Counted from the first letter of the stretch, positions 9,800-18,965 are shown. The stretch: DNA of 64,000 nucleotides from Candidatus Yanofskybacteria bacterium (GCA_016185545.1 JACPNJ010000005.1:79013-143012), one strand, 5' to 3'. Notes: a model not told the origin generated them from the letters alone. Translations and numbers: made by a program.

Positions 9800-10320
9800 T
9801 TCGGCTTACCTTAAAATTTTGTGACAAAACAAAAACCCCTCGAATGGCCAAACTCGAGAGGTTGGTTCAAAAACAGGTGGCTACCACGACCATTACTTTT
9901 GGCCAAGTAATGGTCAGCCCGCTCAATGGCTACAGGCTCTCCCGGCCTGCCCATCGCTTCCACATGCCCGTCATGCCTTTCTCCTTTCGTTTCGGCATGC
10001 AGTTTGTCAGCCAGTAGGATCACCTTGCGGGTGATGCTGGCTGGGGTGGAAATATTAAGAGTCAAATTGACTCTCGGAGGAACGCGAGAGTCAGGAACAC
10101 TACTGGTCCGGCAACTCCTTCATCGTTACTCCTTTCGTAACGGGTTATTGGAAACCCGAGCGGAGCCAGCCTATCATGTGATCGGCGTTCCGCTGCTCGG
10201 GAGGAGATGCCGTGATAGCAGACGTTGGCGGACACGCAGTCCGCTCTGATGACGTCTTCACGGCAAGCAGAGTCGCCTTTTCTCATTTCCTCGGCAACCC
10301 AGCAAACAGTCCCGAAAGAT
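9800..10320. other. GC-rich, hairpin-dense non-coding island; possible structured RNA of unknown class
   Basis: Local GC is clearly above flanks; only short overlapping ORFs on both strands with non-protein-like composition; many perfect local stems (gactctcg/cgagagtc, cgttac/gtaacg, gcgga/tccgc). Confidence 0.35.
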
Positions 10321-10541
10321 GTAAAGAACTAAGTCTTTTTATAATTAATTTCGGGACTTTTTGCTAGGCTCGAATCAAATTCAAGTTCAATTTAAGAAAA
10401 GTGGCTGGAGAAAGCTGTTTTTTAGCAACAGGTATGCGTCCCCCCGGCGCATCACTATTGCCAATCAACCCTCCCCAGCAAAATACCAACAAAATCAATG
10501 AATTATTGGCATTTTGCTAGGTTCAACTTATTACATATTCA

Positions 10542-11825
10542 TTATAACAAAATATCTACTATATTGTCAAGCTCTATTAGTTTGGCATCTTTCTCACCCC
10601 TCCTTTTTACTTCAACACTCTTCTTTTGTAAAGTCTTCTCACTGACGACAAATCGCAACTGACAGCCAATTAAATCGGCATCGGTAAACTTCTCACCGGC
10701 AGATTTGTCCATCCGGTCATCATACAAAACTTCTATGCCGCTATGCAAGACCTTTTCATAAATTTCATCTCCAGATTTTTCCGTTCCTTCCAATGCCAAT
10801 AGATGAACCTTAAATGGCGCTACCGCTTCCGGCCAAATAATTCCCTCATCATCATGGTGTATTTCCACCAAAGCTCCCATAACTCGCCCCAAGCCGATAC
10901 CATACGAACCCATGATCACGAGATGCGACTCCCCTTTCTCGTCAACAAATTTCAAATCAAACGCTTTTGAATATTTATCACCCAACGGAAAAGTATTGCC
11001 GACTTCAATTGATTTGCGCTCTACTATTTTGCCTTTGCATTTCGGGCACTGGCCGTTGTTCATTAATTTTGAAATCTCCTTATTCTCCGCGTATTCGCAT
11101 TTATCACAAATAAAAATCGTATCCTCGCCGATATCGGCAAGCACTTGAAACTCATGGGTGTTCTCCGCGGTAAATGTCCCGCCAGCGGCTATGGTATAAA
11201 TTGCCTTCAGCCCGCAACGGTGAAAAATCTTATGATATGCTCCTTTCACATCTTCATAATATCGCCAAAGGTCATCTTCCGAGGCGTGGAAACTATACAG
11301 GTCTTTCATCATAAACTCCCGCCCGCGCAATAAACCGGACTTGGCACGCGGTTCGTTGCGGAATTTGGTTTGTATCTGGTAAGCGGCAAAAGGCAGGTCT
11401 TTGTATGAACTGACGAAACGCGAAGCAATCGCCGTCAACACTTCTTCATGAGTCCAACCCAAAACAAAATTACTTAGAGGCTCAACCTCGTAGAGGCTCA
11501 ACCTCGTGGAGGTTGAGCCTCTACGTACTGCATGATCATTGGCTATCTTGAATCCTACCTCAACTTCCCATCTGCCAGTAGCATCAAGATATTTTTTTTC
11601 AACCAACGCCGGCATAAACATTTCTATCCCGCCGATCTTGGCCATTTCTTCTCTGATAATGCCAGCAATTTTTTGCATCACTCGCCAGCCCAACGGTAAA
11701 AAAGTGTAAATTCCCGCAGAGTTTTTGTATATGAAACCGCCACGCTCGAGCAACTGCGCATTAACGCTTGTTTCATCTTTGGGATTCTCGCGGGTTGTTT
11801 TGGTAAAAAGTTGAGATAACTTCAT
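10542..11825 (-). CDS. proS: prolyl-tRNA synthetase
   Basis: Class II aaRS motifs, zinc-binding CDKC...CPKC, C-terminal anticodon-binding domain; start at MKLSQLF; carries an in-frame palindromic insertion. Confidence 0.88.
   Translation of the reverse strand: MKLSQLFTKTTRENPKDETSVNAQLLERGGFIYKNSAGIYTFLPLGWRVMQKIAGIIREEMAKIGGIEMFMPALVEKKYLDATGRWEVEVGFKIANDHAVRRGSTSTRLSLYEVEPLSNFVLGWTHEEVLTAIASRFVSSYKDLPFAAYQIQTKFRNEPRAKSGLLRGREFMMKDLYSFHASEDDLWRYYEDVKGAYHKIFHRCGLKAIYTIAAGGTFTAENTHEFQVLADIGEDTIFICDKCEYAENKEISKLMNNGQCPKCKGKIVERKSIEVGNTFPLGDKYSKAFDLKFVDEKGESHLVIMGSYGIGLGRVMGALVEIHHDDEGIIWPEAVAPFKVHLLALEGTEKSGDEIYEKVLHSGIEVLYDDRMDKSAGEKFTDADLIGCQLRFVVSEKTLQKKSVEVKRRGEKDAKLIELDNIVDILL
11474..11525. 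repeat. palindromic element family A (GAGGCTCAACCTC x2 plus inverted copy) inserted in frame in proS
   Basis: ttagaggctcaacctcgtagaggctcaacctcgtggaggttgagcctctacg translates on the minus strand to RRGSTSTRLSLYEVEPL within ProS. Confidence 0.85.
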
Positions 11826-11995
11826 TACTTTTATGATAACAAATTCGCGGCTTGGTGAATAATGCCTCATAGCACCGTCAAAAGAGTGGATTGTAAGGTT
11901 TGCGAGCAGTATAATAGTAAAACACTGCAAGCAAAATCCACGCTTTTGACGGAACGTAGCAACCTCGCTGGGGTTGCAAGTGGTGATAGGAGGCG

Positions 11996-12277
11996 TTATT
12001 CACCAAGCCGCGATTCGGGACATTCGCTTTTACGATGAAAATAATCAATTTTCCCAATGACCAGTTTGCCTTTTTCAAGAGGGGTTAATTTTATAACCGA
12101 TGAGCCCTTTTCTATTGGCTGGCCGCATCTGGCGCAAACATGTTCAACCCTGGTTTCTCTTATAAATTCCTTTAAATTTTCACCTAGCCATCTTGCCTTT
12201 CTTTTTAGGGATTCTCGTTTGGAAGTTTTTGGGTTCTTCTTGGGTTTTATATCAAAAAGTTCAAACTGATTACTCAT
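11996..12277 (-). CDS. small hypothetical protein with putative zinc-ribbon (CxxC...C)
   Basis: 93 aa; HVCARCGQPIEKGS...; basic N-terminus. Confidence 0.3.
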   Translation of the reverse strand: MSNQFELFDIKPKKNPKTSKRESLKRKARWLGENLKEFIRETRVEHVCARCGQPIEKGSSVIKLTPLEKGKLVIGKIDYFHRKSECPESRLGE

Positions 12278-12295
12278 ACAACTTTAAGGTAGAAC

Positions 12296-12472
12296 CTTCA
12301 CGTTTGACCAAGTTCGAGGCGAGCGCGAGGAACGAACCGAGGCGTAGTAAAACTACGTCGAGGGAGTACTGGAGCGCTCAACGAAGAAATTGGGCAAACC
12401 CTTGTGGCTTGAGCCACGTTAAGCCCTAAAATTCTTGGGCTTCGTGGCTCAAGCGTGAAGGTTCTACAAAAA
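12296..12472. repeat. ~180-bp hairpin-rich element bounded by 14-bp inverted repeats (gtagaaccttcacg/cgtgaaggttctac)
   Basis: Internal 12-bp stem gcttgagccacg/cgtggctcaagc, inner aagccc/gggctt and cgtagt/actacg stems; the right arm overlaps the rseP stop codon. Confidence 0.6.
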
Positions 12473-13546
12473 TTTGATAATATCTTTAGTTGTAATATAC
12501 ACCATAAGCAAAATCAAAAGCGCAAAACCGGCGGTGTTGATGCTATTCTCAATTTTTTTGGGAATCGGTTTGCCTCTTAACTTTTCTACGCCCACAAAAA
12601 GAAGACGTCCTCCATCCAACGCCGGAAATGGAATAATATTCAATACCGCAAGATTGATGGAGATAAGCGCCACAAATTGCATCAGATAAGTGAAACCGGA
12701 TCTAGCCGCTTTGCCGGTAATAACAGCAATACCAACCGGTCCGGAAAGCTCAACACCGGTCCGTCCGGTTACAAAAATATTTTTAATAATAGTGGCATAA
12801 CCGGCAACGGTGTAACCTAGGATATTAACAGAATCGGTTACTCCATGAATTACCGATTGCGGAAAAGGATATTGTACCAAGCCGGTAGCCGCTAGCGACA
12901 CTCCAAGCGCGCCCTCATTGGGCGGCGGATCAACCCGCGGAGTTATTTTTTTTTCAATTAAATCCTTTCCGTTTCTTATCAGTATTGTAATTTCACTGCC
13001 GGCATTTTGAGCAATAAACTCCTGTACCTCGTTTACATTTGAAACGGCCATAATTTCATCGTTAACTTTGAAGCCGACTATCTCATCAAGCGCTTGCAGT
13101 CCGGCCCGTTCGGCGGGGCTTTGCGCAGTCACCTGTATTATCTGTACTTTAATATTTTGGGCCTGACGAATTGCCGCCTCATCAACTAACCCAATGCGTA
13201 AACCGACGGCATTGCCAATGGTAAGCAAAAGCACCGCAAGCAGGAAATTCATTACTACACCGGCTACTATCACGCCAAACTTAGTGCTAGTCTTGGCTGC
13301 AGCAAAGCTTCTTGGATTTTCTAGTTCCTGTCCGTCTTCACCTAAAATTTTAACGAATCCGCCGAAAGGTATCCAGTTAACGGAATAAATGGTCTCACCG
13401 CGCTTGACACCGAATGCCCGCGGCGGGAAACCAAAACCGAATTCCTCCACTTTCATCCCCGCCCGTTTGGCCATAATAAAATGCCCAAACTCATGGACAA
13501 AAACCAGCACGCTTAAAACAATTATGAAAATTATCAGGGTAATCAT
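12464..13546 (-). CDS. rseP: RIP zinc metalloprotease RseP (site-2 protease)
   Basis: 360 aa; HEFGHF zinc motif near the N-terminal TM, PDZ-like middle, C-terminal TMs. Confidence 0.85.
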   Translation of the reverse strand: MITLIIFIIVLSVLVFVHEFGHFIMAKRAGMKVEEFGFGFPPRAFGVKRGETIYSVNWIPFGGFVKILGEDGQELENPRSFAAAKTSTKFGVIVAGVVMNFLLAVLLLTIGNAVGLRIGLVDEAAIRQAQNIKVQIIQVTAQSPAERAGLQALDEIVGFKVNDEIMAVSNVNEVQEFIAQNAGSEITILIRNGKDLIEKKITPRVDPPPNEGALGVSLAATGLVQYPFPQSVIHGVTDSVNILGYTVAGYATIIKNIFVTGRTGVELSGPVGIAVITGKAARSGFTYLMQFVALISINLAVLNIIPFPALDGGRLLFVGVEKLRGKPIPKKIENSINTAGFALLILLMVYITTKDIIKFL

Positions 13547-13571
13547 TTGATAATAATATCAGAATTCGAAC

Positions 13572-13606
13572 AAGAAAACCACCTATTGAACAAAAAGAAC
13601 TCGCAT
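13572..13606. terminator. bidirectional hairpin aagaactcgc...gcgagttctt between frr and rseP
   Basis: 10-bp stem with T/A runs on both sides. Confidence 0.4.
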
Positions 13607-13653
13607 AGCCGGGCAGCGAGTTCTTTTGTATAAGTTGGTTTGTGATTTTTGAA

Positions 13654-14214
13654 CTATGCCAGTAATTCTGTTTCTTTTTTATTTTCCAGTTCCTCAATTT
13701 TTTTGTTGTAGTCGTCCACAAGTTTTTGGAGATCGTCTTTGGCTTTGAATTTATCGTCTTCGCTGATTTCATGCGCCTGTTCCATGGTTTGCACCTTGTG
13801 CCAGATTTCTTCCCGAATGCGTCGGATTTTAACCCGCGCTTCTTCGGTTTTTTGTTTAAGCAGTTTAATAAACTCCTTGCGCCGCTCCTCGGTCAAGGAC
13901 GGAATATTAAGCCGGATGCTTTGACTATCAACTACCGGATTCAGCCCCAATTCACTCTTACGTATCGCCCCCTCAATGGCCGCCATCACGCCCTTATCCC
14001 AGGGTTGTATTAATAGCGATCTCGGCTCCGGGGCCGTAATCGTCGCCAACTCTTTTATCGTCATCCTCTGCCCATATACTTCGACAGTAACATCTTCAAC
14101 CAGCGCCGGTGTCGCCCTTCCCGTCCTGATGGTCGCAATGTCGGTTTTATAAAACCCCAAAATTCCCTCAAAGTTAGACTTTTTTTGATTTATTAGGTCT
14201 TTAATATTAGTCAT
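13654..14214 (-). CDS. frr: ribosome recycling factor
   Basis: 186 aa; full-length match to the RRF family pattern. Confidence 0.92.
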   Translation of the reverse strand: MTNIKDLINQKKSNFEGILGFYKTDIATIRTGRATPALVEDVTVEVYGQRMTIKELATITAPEPRSLLIQPWDKGVMAAIEGAIRKSELGLNPVVDSQSIRLNIPSLTEERRKEFIKLLKQKTEEARVKIRRIREEIWHKVQTMEQAHEISEDDKFKAKDDLQKLVDDYNKKIEELENKKETELLA

Positions 14215-14273
14215 TGTAACCTTGCATTATAAATCCTAAAAAAATTATACCAAAATACCTATCAAAATTTAGC

Positions 14274-14302
14274 TTGACTCACATTTATTAATATGCTATA
14301 TT
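14274..14302 (+). promoter_or_regulatory. sigma-70-like promoter TTGACT-17-TATATT for the downstream + ORF
   Basis: ttgactcacatttattaatatgctatatt; RBS aaaggagtg before ATG 14342. Confidence 0.5.
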
Positions 14303-14341
14303 GAAAAATGCAGATAGAACAACAAGAAAAAGGAGTGAATT

Positions 14342-14647
14342 ATGCCAGAACAGATACTTAAAAATTTGGAAGGCTTGAAAGCGCTAGACGCCATTGTTGT
14401 AAAGAAAGCGATCCAAGACCTGCGTCAGGGTGGCCAGTTTATGATTCAGACTGCAAGATATTTCTTTTTGGACGGCCAAGGGATTGATGAGTCTGATCCC
14501 CTTACCTTTCAGGCTTTGTGTTCACGCAACAACATTGATCCCAACCGCGCCGCCAAGTTAATTTGGCGAAAATTATCCCAAAAAACACAAAATGAACTTT
14601 TGTGCTTCTTCAAGCAAGCGAGCTACGAGTTTCCTAAAACCAACTAA
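14342..14647 (+). CDS. hypothetical protein
   Basis: 101 aa with good promoter and RBS; no recognisable domain. Confidence 0.4.
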   Translation: MPEQILKNLEGLKALDAIVVKKAIQDLRQGGQFMIQTARYFFLDGQGIDESDPLTFQALCSRNNIDPNRAAKLIWRKLSQKTQNELLCFFKQASYEFPKTN

Positions 14648-14716
14648 GTGGCTGCTTATTTTTTGTATAGTCATCACCGCCATAGCATCGGCGGTTCTTT
14701 TTTTAGTATTTCAAAA

Positions 14717-15625
14717 CTAGGCTAGCGAAACGAGAAAATTTTCTAGAGCTAATCTCTGATTAAACTGCGGCTTGTTTATTACTTCGTATAAAACAAGCAG
14801 ATTTTTGAGAATCTTGTGGGTTTTGGGTTCGTTCAAGCGCATTCTTAAATAAAGCATCCAGTACAAAACTTTCTTAGGCAATTCAGCTTTGTTTTTTTCA
14901 TCGGTAAGTTTTTGGGCAATGGTTAGCCGCTCATTGATATCCGATTTAATCAAATACATCACTTCTTCAACCGATTCTTTAACTTCATCAAATGATTTTT
15001 CATCTATGATTTTTTTAATAAGCCCTATCCTACCGTTGGCAAAATCAGTCAAAAAATCAATTTTAGTTTTTGATAATTTAAAATCTGCCAAAAAAATTTT
15101 GATAACCGTTTGCGAATGTGGCTGAAACTTAATTTCCTGACAACGGGAAACTATGGTCGGCAAAAGCGACTCCGAATTAGCGGAAACAAGAATCAGGATA
15201 GACGATAAATTCGGTTCCTCTAGAACCTTCAATAGGGCATTCTGCGCTTCCACTGTCATCAAATAAGCATTATCAATAACCACAAATTTATACGGACTAG
15301 CGCTATAGGGACTTAACGAAATAAAATTTTTAATTTTGCGCACATCTTCAATGGCTATAGTCTGTCCGCTTTCGGAATTGGCCGAATTGACAAATAAAAC
15401 ATCCGGATTATTTAGAGGCTCAACCTCGTAGAGGCTCAACCTCGTAGAGGTTGAGCCTCTAAATAGACTTATTTTAAACAAATTCTGTACCAATTCCAAC
15501 GCAAATGTACGCTTACCTATCATGTCTTGGCCGGTAAAAAGATAGGCATGGCTTAATTGGCCATTTTTTATGACTGTTTCAAAAAAAAATTTATTTTTAT
15601 CAAAACCGATTGTATGCCAAGTCAT
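14717..15625 (-). CDS. holB: DNA polymerase III delta-prime-like clamp-loader subunit
   Basis: 302 aa AAA+ fold (LFTGQDMIGKRTFALELVQNL); 4-nt overlap with murG; carries family A palindromic insertion. Confidence 0.7.
   Translation of the reverse strand: MTWHTIGFDKNKFFFETVIKNGQLSHAYLFTGQDMIGKRTFALELVQNLFKISLFRGSTSTRLSLYEVEPLNNPDVLFVNSANSESGQTIAIEDVRKIKNFISLSPYSASPYKFVVIDNAYLMTVEAQNALLKVLEEPNLSSILILVSANSESLLPTIVSRCQEIKFQPHSQTVIKIFLADFKLSKTKIDFLTDFANGRIGLIKKIIDEKSFDEVKESVEEVMYLIKSDINERLTIAQKLTDEKNKAELPKKVLYWMLYLRMRLNEPKTHKILKNLLVLYEVINKPQFNQRLALENFLVSLA
15413..15464. repeat. palindromic element family A inserted in frame in holB (encodes RGSTSTRLSLYEVEPL)
   Basis: ttagaggctcaacctcgtagaggctcaacctcgtagaggttgagcctctaaa; near-identical to the proS copy. 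Confidence 0.85.
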
Positions 15626-16755
15626 GATTGTTGTATCATTCCCAAAACTTCTTCAGCGATTATTGGCGCCGCACTGGGACGAGCGAATTGCTTGATTCTT
15701 TCCGATCGCTCTACACGGCTTTCATAAGCATTTTCTATTTCATTGACCAAAATGTGCGGGGTTAGATTCTCTTCTTCTATCACAACCGCTCCGAATTTGG
15801 CAAATTCTCTGGCATTGGCAAGCTGATGATCGCTGGCCGCGCCTTTGAGCGGTATAATTATAGCCGGCTTGCCGACCGCGGCTATTTCAAAAATAGTTCC
15901 CGCACCGGAACGCCCGACAATTACATCAACGGCGGAATAAGCCAAAGCCATTTGTTTTAAATCAAAAACCGGATAAAGCCGGTAGTTATCGGCGATGGTT
16001 TTTCCATAAGTCCCCCCGCCTTCTTTTACAATGGTAAGTACACGGGTATTGGTATCATCATAATTTTGGGGGCCGCTTTGGTGGATCAACTGAAATTTTT
16101 TGATTAATTCCACCAGTGAGAGCAAAAGAACTTCGTTAATGGTTTGGGCTCCCTGGTTGGCGCCGGTAATTAAAACAGCCGGTTTTGACGGATTAAGATT
16201 AAAAGCTGCTAATGCTGCCGCTTTATCAGTAAGATTCGCAACCCCGATTCTAATTGGATTACCGACAACCTCAACAAGGTCCTGTTTGAAATAGTTTTTT
16301 GCTCCGTCAAATGCTAAAAAAATCTTTTTGGCCCATTTGCTAACCCAAAGATTCGCCTTGCCTGGCACAATATCTGATTCGTGAATCACTACCGGAATTG
16401 CCAAAATACGGGCCACGAGCGCAGGTATAAAAGAATCATAGCCGCCTTTTGAAAAAACTAAATCAGGCATAAAACGCCAGATGTAAAAAAATGCCTGTAA
16501 AAATCCGAATGGCGCTTCTAGAATATCAATGAAATTATGGTAGCTGAAATAGCGTCGCCACTTGGGACTGAAAATACTTTTTGTGGCAATACCGATTGTA
16601 GCAGCTGTTTCTCTTACAAACCCGTCAGCGCCGATGAATTGGAGTTCCAAGTTAACACCACTTTGTGCTGATTGTTTTTGCAGTTCTTCAGCTACGGCAA
16701 TAAGCGGGTAAAGATGCCCGCCCGAACCGCCACCGGTTAACAAAATGCGAAGCAT
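15622..16755 (-). CDS. murG: undecaprenyldiphospho-muramoylpentapeptide beta-N-acetylglucosaminyltransferase MurG
   Basis: 377 aa; LTGGGSGGHLYP N-terminal motif; GT28 C-terminal domain. Confidence 0.9.
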   Translation of the reverse strand: MLRILLTGGGSGGHLYPLIAVAEELQKQSAQSGVNLELQFIGADGFVRETAATIGIATKSIFSPKWRRYFSYHNFIDILEAPFGFLQAFFYIWRFMPDLVFSKGGYDSFIPALVARILAIPVVIHESDIVPGKANLWVSKWAKKIFLAFDGAKNYFKQDLVEVVGNPIRIGVANLTDKAAALAAFNLNPSKPAVLITGANQGAQTINEVLLLSLVELIKKFQLIHQSGPQNYDDTNTRVLTIVKEGGGTYGKTIADNYRLYPVFDLKQMALAYSAVDVIVGRSGAGTIFEIAAVGKPAIIIPLKGAASDHQLANAREFAKFGAVVIEEENLTPHILVNEIENAYESRVERSERIKQFARPSAAPIIAEEVLGMIQQS

Positions 16756-16763
16756 CTTGTTTG

Positions 16764-16791
16764 TTTCTAGTTTCTAGTTTCTAGTTTCTAG
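16764..16791. repeat. (TTTCTAG)x4 heptamer array immediately upstream of the murG start codon
   Basis: tttctagtttctagtttctagtttctag then T-run; 8 nt from ATG 16755. Confidence 0.9.
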
Positions 16792-16830
16792 TTTTTTTAA
16801 CCAGACGCCAGCAATAGAACTAGTGACTAA

Positions 16831-17082
16831 TTAAATCGCACCTTCTTGATGTAAAAGTTTTTGTTTTAGTTTACCACCGCGGTTATACCCGCCAATTTTA
16901 CCGTCATTTCTAATCACCCTGTGGCACGGTACATTGAGGTCATGATTTTTATTCAGCACGTTTCCCACCGCCCGATAAGCCCTTGGCCTACCAATAGCCT
17001 TCGCCACTTCCGTATAAGTCATCGTCTGTCCACGCTTGATGTTCTTAACTACATTATAAATTCTTTGTTCAAACTCGGTCAT
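16831..17082 (-). CDS. MGMT-family DNA-binding/alkyltransferase domain protein (83 aa, PCHRV motif)
   Basis: TYTEVAKAIGRPRAYRAVGNVLNKN...VPCHRVI matches the O6-alkylguanine-DNA alkyltransferase C-domain with the active-site Cys. Confidence 0.8.
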   Translation of the reverse strand: MTEFEQRIYNVVKNIKRGQTMTYTEVAKAIGRPRAYRAVGNVLNKNHDLNVPCHRVIRNDGKIGGYNRGGKLKQKLLHQEGAI

Positions 17083-17221
17083 ATTGACTTTTGTATAGAC
17101 ATTTTGTTATCATATAAACAAGGGTTGACTCACTTTCTATTATCTATCCCTTAGGCCCTTAGGCTATGCGCGGCATCTACTCTGTTGCCGCTGGGTAAAG
17201 CCCCTCCCTGGCCATTTTGGC

Positions 17222-17250
17222 CCAGGCCACGTTCCAACCCGCGTGGCTTT
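17222..17250 (+). terminator. hairpin gccacg...gcgtggc + T8
   Basis: gccacgttccaacccgcgtggcttttttta on the + strand, between minus-strand genes. Confidence 0.4.
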
Positions 17251-17252
17251 TT

Positions 17253-18965
17253 TTATTTTAATAATTTAAGCATTTCTCGCCAAACTCTTGTATTTATCAC
17301 GTCTTTTTTGCCAGACCACCCTCTGCGCGCTTGAGCTATACCTAATTCCAAAAATTTGAAGTGGCTAATATCATGAGCATCGGAATCAATCGCCAGCTTG
17401 ATTCCAGTATCAATGGCTTTGCGGATATATTCGTCTTTGAGGTCCAGACGTTCCGGCCAAGCGTTGACTTCCAGCACCGTTTTGGTCCGTTTAGCGGCTT
17501 TTATAAGCTCATCAATATTCACTTTGTACGGCTCTCTTTTTTGTATCAACCGACCCGTGGGATGGAATAATATATCGATGTTCGGATTTTCTATCGCCCT
17601 AATTATACGCTTCGTCATTTCAATTTCCGACATAGTAAAATTAGAGTGTACAGACGCTCCGACTACATCAAGTTTGGCCAACACCTCGTCATTTATATCA
17701 AGCGTGCCGTCTTTCAGTATATCCACTTCGCTACCCTTGAGAATTTTAATGCCGCTAATTTGTTTTTGAACTTTATCAATTTCAGCCATTTGCTTGGTCA
17801 GCTTTTTTTCATCCAATCCGCCGGCCATAGCAAGTCGCTTGGTGTGGTCGGTTATAACAATATATTCAAGCCCCAGTTTTTTTGCCGCTTCAGCCATTTC
17901 CTTAATTGAATGTTCGCCATCAGTCCAATCGGTCTGAACCTGTAAATCGCCACGCAGATCATCATAACCGATTAGTCTCGGTAATTCTCCCTTAAATGAT
18001 GATTTTATTTCTCCGCTATTCGTTCTAATTTCCGGCTCCATCCACTCCATGCCTAATTTTTTATAAATCTCCTCTTCTGTTTTTCCAGCGACAAGTCTTT
18101 TACTTTTAAAAAGTCCATACTCGTTCAACTTGTATCCTTTTTTAATCGCAATCTCCCGAACGGCTATATTGTGGTATTTGTCTCCGGTAAAATATTGAAG
18201 CGCCGCCCCGAATGATTCCGGCGGCAGAACGCGTACGTCGGCATTCATTCCCATTTTTAACCGCACCGAGGTTTTAGTCGGACCTTTGACCAATATTTCC
18301 TGAACTTCAGACATTTTTACAAAATAATCCATAACTTTCGCTGGCATGTCGGAAATAACCAGAATGTCTAAATCACCCACAGTTTCCTGCATCCTCCTGA
18401 TTGAACCGGCTGGTTCGGCCCGTTTGATATAAGGCAAGCCGCGCAAATCATCCAGCATTTTGCGGACAGTCGGCAAAATATGGCCCAACAAAAAACGGCC
18501 GTGTGACTGCCGCAGGAATTCTATGCCTTTTAATATTTTTTGCTCGGATTTCTCGCCAAGACCCTCAAGTCCCCGCAATTTGCCAGCTTTAGCTGCTCTT
18601 TCTAGGTCGTCTTGATTCTTGATTCTTAATTCTTGATATAATTTTTTAACCAGCTTTGGTCCAACTCCTTCAATACCCATCAGCTCCTCCACTTCAATAG
18701 GAAATTGTTTTTTTAACTTTTCGTAATCTTTAATATGACCTGTTTTGATATATTCTTCAATTCGTTCGGCAATGCCTTGGCCAACACCAGATATGTCTTC
18801 AAGCGCTTTGAGTCCGCCTTTTTTATAAATTTCACCTATGCCCTCTTCAAGAGATTGTACGGAAAATGCCGCATGCTCATACGCCCGCGGCTTAAATTCC
18901 ACTTCTTTCATATCCAAAAACGCCGCCATCTCCCCCAAAATTTTCGCCAGCCCCTGGTTAGACAT
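17253..18965 (-). CDS. polX: family X DNA polymerase with C-terminal PHP domain
   Basis: 570 aa; HhH and Pol-beta-like nucleotidyltransferase N-half; PHP histidinol-phosphatase-like C-half (HSNFTMSE...DSDAH). Confidence 0.88.
   Translation of the reverse strand: MSNQGLAKILGEMAAFLDMKEVEFKPRAYEHAAFSVQSLEEGIGEIYKKGGLKALEDISGVGQGIAERIEEYIKTGHIKDYEKLKKQFPIEVEELMGIEGVGPKLVKKLYQELRIKNQDDLERAAKAGKLRGLEGLGEKSEQKILKGIEFLRQSHGRFLLGHILPTVRKMLDDLRGLPYIKRAEPAGSIRRMQETVGDLDILVISDMPAKVMDYFVKMSEVQEILVKGPTKTSVRLKMGMNADVRVLPPESFGAALQYFTGDKYHNIAVREIAIKKGYKLNEYGLFKSKRLVAGKTEEEIYKKLGMEWMEPEIRTNSGEIKSSFKGELPRLIGYDDLRGDLQVQTDWTDGEHSIKEMAEAAKKLGLEYIVITDHTKRLAMAGGLDEKKLTKQMAEIDKVQKQISGIKILKGSEVDILKDGTLDINDEVLAKLDVVGASVHSNFTMSEIEMTKRIIRAIENPNIDILFHPTGRLIQKREPYKVNIDELIKAAKRTKTVLEVNAWPERLDLKDEYIRKAIDTGIKLAIDSDAHDISHFKFLELGIAQARRGWSGKKDVINTRVWREMLKLLK
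18611..18637. repeat. (CTTGATT/CTTAATT)x~4 heptamer array inside polX
   Basis: cttgattcttgattcttaattcttgat, coding ..ELRIKNQDD.. Confidence 0.8.

Noticed and set aside
9800-10320. GC-rich island considered as RNase P RNA, tmRNA, SRP RNA or an rRNA fragment
   Set aside because: None of the universal motifs could be found on either strand: GGAAAGUCCGGGC and ACAGNRNCCGGCUUA for RNase P, the tRNA-like T-arm for tmRNA, the GGAAGG domain IV for SRP. The region is left unassigned.
12193-12429. 78-aa plus-strand ORF
   Set aside because: It lies entirely within the inverted-repeat-bounded hairpin element; the element reading is more parsimonious.
17083-17252. Intergenic GC segment as SRP/4.5S RNA
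   Set aside because: No GGAAGG/AGCAG domain-IV motif; it is kept only as a low-confidence sRNA or terminator candidate.
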